Source of the DNA: a virus
Lineage: Duplodnaviria > Heunggongvirae > Uroviricota > Caudoviricetes
Virus record (IMG/VR): IMGVR_UViG_2695420382_000010
Span: 1-7,627 of that record
Strand: one strand, 5' to 3'
Length of the DNA stretch: 7,627 bases
Below the pieces are notes generated by a model. It had not been told where the DNA came from. It was given only the letters and a program-made list of their open reading frames with translations, and searched no databases. Of this stretch, positions 5,199 through 7,627 are shown one piece after another. How positions within the stretch are numbered: the first letter of the stretch is position 1; each line of letters starts with the position of its first letter. Made by a program: the position numbers and the translations under genes.

Positions 5199-5790
5199 GG
5201 TATCCGGCGAGAGATTTGGCAATTTAGTTGTTATTGGTGATGCAGGAATGCGTGGTACTCAAAGGTTGGTAAACTGTGTGTGTGACTGCGGAGTAGTTTG
5301 TGTTAAACAGCTTGGCAACCTCCGTTCAGGGCACACAAGAAGTTGTGGTTGCTCACGCTCATCTACAACAAAAGCAAGAAAAAACAAACATGGCATGTAT
5401 GGAACGCCAACATACAAGTCATGGTCTTCAATGTTAACAAGATGCTTCAATGAAAGAAATAGTAAATACAAACACTATGGAGGAAGAGGAATAACTGTTT
5501 GTGAACGGTGGCTGGACTTTAAATTATTTTTCGCTGATATGGGAAAAAGACCAGACGGAACTACATTGGGAAGAATTGATAACAATGGTAATTACGAACC
5601 ATCAAATTGCGAATGGCAGAAAAGTATCGAGCAAGCAAGAAATAAGAGTAATACCGTATTATTTAAATTCAATGGAGTGCTGGCAACAATTTCAGAGCAC
5701 TGCGAAAAAACTGGATTAAACCCAAGCACGGTAAGAAGCAGGATTTACACATATCATTGGTCTGTAGACAAGGCCTTATCAAAAGGATAA
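5185..5790 (+). CDS. Cys-rich putative nucleic-acid-binding / homing-endonuclease-like protein, about 201 aa (start ambiguous: 5170 or 5185)
   Basis: Track ORF 5170..5790. It overlaps the end of the upstream ATPase gene. It has an N-terminal Cys cluster (NCVCDCG...SGHTRSCGC), a central YKSW..M..RC.N....Y..YGGRGI.VCERW block and a GRIDNNGNYEPSNCEW block, which I recall from free-standing phage endonuclease-like genes, and a C-terminal HTH-like segment. Confidence 0.65.
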   Translation: MRRLEVSGERFGNLVVIGDAGMRGTQRLVNCVCDCGVVCVKQLGNLRSGHTRSCGCSRSSTTKARKNKHGMYGTPTYKSWSSMLTRCFNERNSKYKHYGGRGITVCERWLDFKLFFADMGKRPDGTTLGRIDNNGNYEPSNCEWQKSIEQARNKSNTVLFKFNGVLATISEHCEKTGLNPSTVRSRIYTYHWSVDKALSKG

Positions 5791-5794
5791 AAGC

Positions 5795-6382
5795 ATGAGC
5801 AACGTGATTTTTACTTATAACGAAGAAGCAGCACTGACCGCAGGGCAAGGTGGTTTTATTAACGAAACTGGCGCTCATATCATTACCATTACTGAAGCAG
5901 AACTAAAGCAATCAGAGAAAGGAGCCAAATTTATTGAGTTTTCTGGAGAATCCGACGACGGACGTAAAATCCAATATCTTAGCGTTTGTGTTCAGAAAAA
6001 TGACGGAACGGAAAACAAGTTTGGTGCAAACGTCGTTCATGCCATGATGGGGTGTGTTGGGATTAAGCAGTTAACGCAACATATGGTTTCCGCCAGTAAA
6101 TTTGTTGCTCCTGAATTTCATGGAAAGAAAATCGGGTTAGTGCTCCAGAAAGTATTAACCACAAACAAAAAGACTGGCGCAGACAGCTACCAGATGGAAA
6201 TACGCATCCCGTTTATTGCACAAACAGGTCAAACCCTTAAAGAAAAGTCGGAAGGCAAGCAACCAGAAACTATCGCCAACATGGTTGCCAGCCTCAAAGA
6301 TAAAGACAATCGCTCTAAAAACGTAAGCCAGAATCATGCAGATGATTATGGTTACAGCCAGAACGATTACCCTCCTTTCTGA
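5795..6382 (+). CDS. Hypothetical protein with an SSB-like acidic/aromatic C-terminal tail (candidate ssDNA-binding partner of the ATPase), 195 aa
   Basis: AAGGA Shine-Dalgarno about 9 nt upstream. The C terminus ...DDYGYSQNDYPPF resembles the SSB / gp2.5 tail (D-rich, ending in P-F). The body has no recognisable canonical SSB OB-fold signature, so the function is a hypothesis. Confidence 0.6.
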   Translation: MSNVIFTYNEEAALTAGQGGFINETGAHIITITEAELKQSEKGAKFIEFSGESDDGRKIQYLSVCVQKNDGTENKFGANVVHAMMGCVGIKQLTQHMVSASKFVAPEFHGKKIGLVLQKVLTTNKKTGADSYQMEIRIPFIAQTGQTLKEKSEGKQPETIANMVASLKDKDNRSKNVSQNHADDYGYSQNDYPPF

Positions 6383-6405
6383 TTACTGAAAATAAGGCTC
6401 CCATT

Positions 6406-6702
6406 ATGCCAGCGCCTCTGTATGGTGCGGATGACCCGCGCAACTGCTCCGGTAGCTCCAAGGCGGAGGTGCTGGATAAATTCAGGAAAAACTACGACCG
6501 GATAATGTCGCTACCGCAGGAAACGAAAGAGGAAAAGGAATTTCGCCATTGTATATGGCTTGCAGAGAAAGAAGAACGCGAGCGAATTTACCAGACATCA
6601 ATCCGACCATTCCGCAAAGCCACATATACCCACTTCCCTGAATATATCGACCCGCGCCTGCGTAATTACCGCTCACGCTATGGCGCTATCAGTAATGACT
6701 GA
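6406..6702 (+). CDS. Hypothetical protein, 98 aa
   Basis: Track ORF with AAGG about 9 nt upstream, co-directional with the operon. The protein is charged and Arg-rich. Its size and position are compatible with a P22 Abc-type anti-RecBCD protein, but the sequence is not recognised. Confidence 0.55.
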   Translation: MPAPLYGADDPRNCSGSSKAEVLDKFRKNYDRIMSLPQETKEEKEFRHCIWLAEKEERERIYQTSIRPFRKATYTHFPEYIDPRLRNYRSRYGAISND

Positions 6703-6712
6703 GGAATTAACA

Positions 6713-7003
6713 ATGAAAACAATGAAGCTAAACATCGACCTCGGCAAATACGTTATTACCGGAACCAAACACGACCTGATTCTTAGCGAAAGAGGAATTA
6801 TCAAAGAAGGTGAGAATGCAGGGAAAGAAACACTAAGTCGTATCGGTTATTACAGCAAGTTTGAGCATCTGGTTAAAGAGTTATGCAACCGTGAAATCCT
6901 GTTATCTCAGGCGCAGACGCTACAGGATATTCAGCAGCATATCGAAACTTTAGGTGTGTCACTTAGCATGGCCGTTGACCAGTTCGTTGAGAGTAAATCA
7001 TGA
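6713..7003 (+). CDS. Hypothetical protein, 96 aa
   Basis: Trimmed from track ORF 6560..7003 to Met 6713, with GAGGA at 6701-6705 straight after the upstream stop. Sequence [22 protein letters not shown]... Confidence 0.55.
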   Translation: MKTMKLNIDLGKYVITGTKHDLILSERGIIKEGENAGKETLSRIGYYSKFEHLVKELCNREILLSQAQTLQDIQQHIETLGVSLSMAVDQFVESKS

Positions 7004-7167
7004 GAGGACTTGCATACAATCCCGGCATTCTTCCGGCAGAAATGATTATTCGCCAGCGCGTAAAGCCAATGCCATCGAGAGAGGAATTGCTTAAGAGAAA
7101 GAGTTTCGGTTCTGTTAATGACAACAAATATCTGAATGCGATGTGGCGCAAAGGAGGCAACCAGTGA
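7000..7167 (+). CDS. Hypothetical small protein, 55 aa
   Basis: Not in the track because it is under 60 aa. Its ATG overlaps the upstream stop (ATGA) and its stop overlaps the downstream GTG start (GTGA). It translates to [55 protein letters not shown]. Support is positional only. Confidence 0.35.
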   Translation: MRGLAYNPGILPAEMIIRQRVKPMPSREELLKRKSFGSVNDNKYLNAMWRKGGNQ

Positions 7168-7627
7168 GCAAGATTGACTATCAGGCACTGCGTGCCAAGG
7201 CAGAAAAAGCAACTAAAGGAAGCTACATCGTAGGGCATACATCTGTTAATCGGCACGGCAATTTAACAGGAGTTTTTGTTTGTCAAAAATGGAAAGGAGA
7301 ACCCGGTGGTGTGATTGCGGAATGTCATGTTAACTGCCTGGTTGAAACAGATGTTCAGGCTTATGCAAACGCTGAATTTATTGCTGCTTTTAATCCAAAT
7401 GTTGCGCTGGCACTACTGGATGAACGGGAAAGAAACCTGCAATACATCAAAAGCCGCGATCAGGAGAACGAGGAAATTGCGCTAACGGTAGGGAAGTTGC
7501 GTGTTGAGCTGGAAGCAGCAGAGAACAACCTTATTGATAGTGAATGCCATGTTGCTGAACTGGAAGAAGCGCTACGCGATAAGCAGGCGTTACTTGAAGC
7601 CTCAGAAAAGCGCATAGCAGAACTGGA
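7164..7627 (+). CDS. Coiled-coil protein, possibly Ea22-like, 3' partial (GTG start; open to the end of the window)
   Basis: Strong AAGGAGG Shine-Dalgarno at 7151-7157, 6 nt before GTG 7164. The frame stays open for 154 codons to the window end. The C-terminal part visible is heptad-like and rich in Glu/Leu/Ala (...[43 protein letters not shown]). The N terminus [19 protein letters not shown] resembles Ea22-like prophage proteins as I recall them. Confidence 0.5.
   Translation, partial: MSKIDYQALRAKAEKATKGSYIVGHTSVNRHGNLTGVFVCQKWKGEPGGVIAECHVNCLVETDVQAYANAEFIAAFNPNVALALLDERERNLQYIKSRDQENEEIALTVGKLRVELEAAENNLIDSECHVAELEEALRDKQALLEASEKRIAEL

Noticed and set aside
5501-5719. 72-aa plus-strand ORF in an alternative frame
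   Set aside because: It is internal to the Cys-rich ORF in another frame and is probably spurious.
5259-7256. Minus-strand track ORFs 5259..5471, 5669..5878, 6155..6337, 6482..6676, 6931..7212 and 6963..7256
   Set aside because: All are antisense to well-supported, tightly packed plus-strand genes with Shine-Dalgarno sequences and coupling overlaps. None has a convincing ribosome-binding site or recognisable protein features.
1-7627. Search for CRISPR repeats, tRNA/rRNA genes, integrase/att sites and IS elements
   Set aside because: I saw no regularly spaced direct repeats, tRNA-like cloverleaf candidates or transposase-like ORFs. The window appears to be entirely internal to a prophage early region, and the prophage ends are not included.

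Overview
This window is the immunity and early-left region of a mosaic lambdoid (lambda/P22-like) prophage, drawn inverted relative to the conventional lambda map. Reading left to right: cII (minus strand, 5' partial), a tR1-like hairpin, nutR, cro (minus), the divergent OR/PR/PRM control region, cI (plus), rexA and rexB homologues, a tIMM-like intrinsic terminator, OL/PL, nutL, a P22-type N antiterminator, an AT-rich orphan gene, cIII, kil, and then a non-Red recombination-region cassette. That cassette holds a small basic ORF, a Sak4-like P-loop ATPase, a Cys-rich nuclease-like ORF, a protein with an SSB-like C-terminal tail, three small coupled ORFs and the start of a coiled-coil Ea22-like gene. 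All credible coding from cI onward is on the plus strand, so the long minus-strand ORFs in the track to the right of cro are treated as antisense artefacts. I found no tRNA, rRNA or CRISPR array. The most interesting candidates are the AT-rich orphan gene between N and cIII, the divergent RexAB pair, and the Sak4 / Cys-rich / SSB-like cassette replacing gam-bet-exo. Similarities to lambda and P22 proteins are recalled from memory, not searched, and functions for the orphan ORFs are hypotheses.
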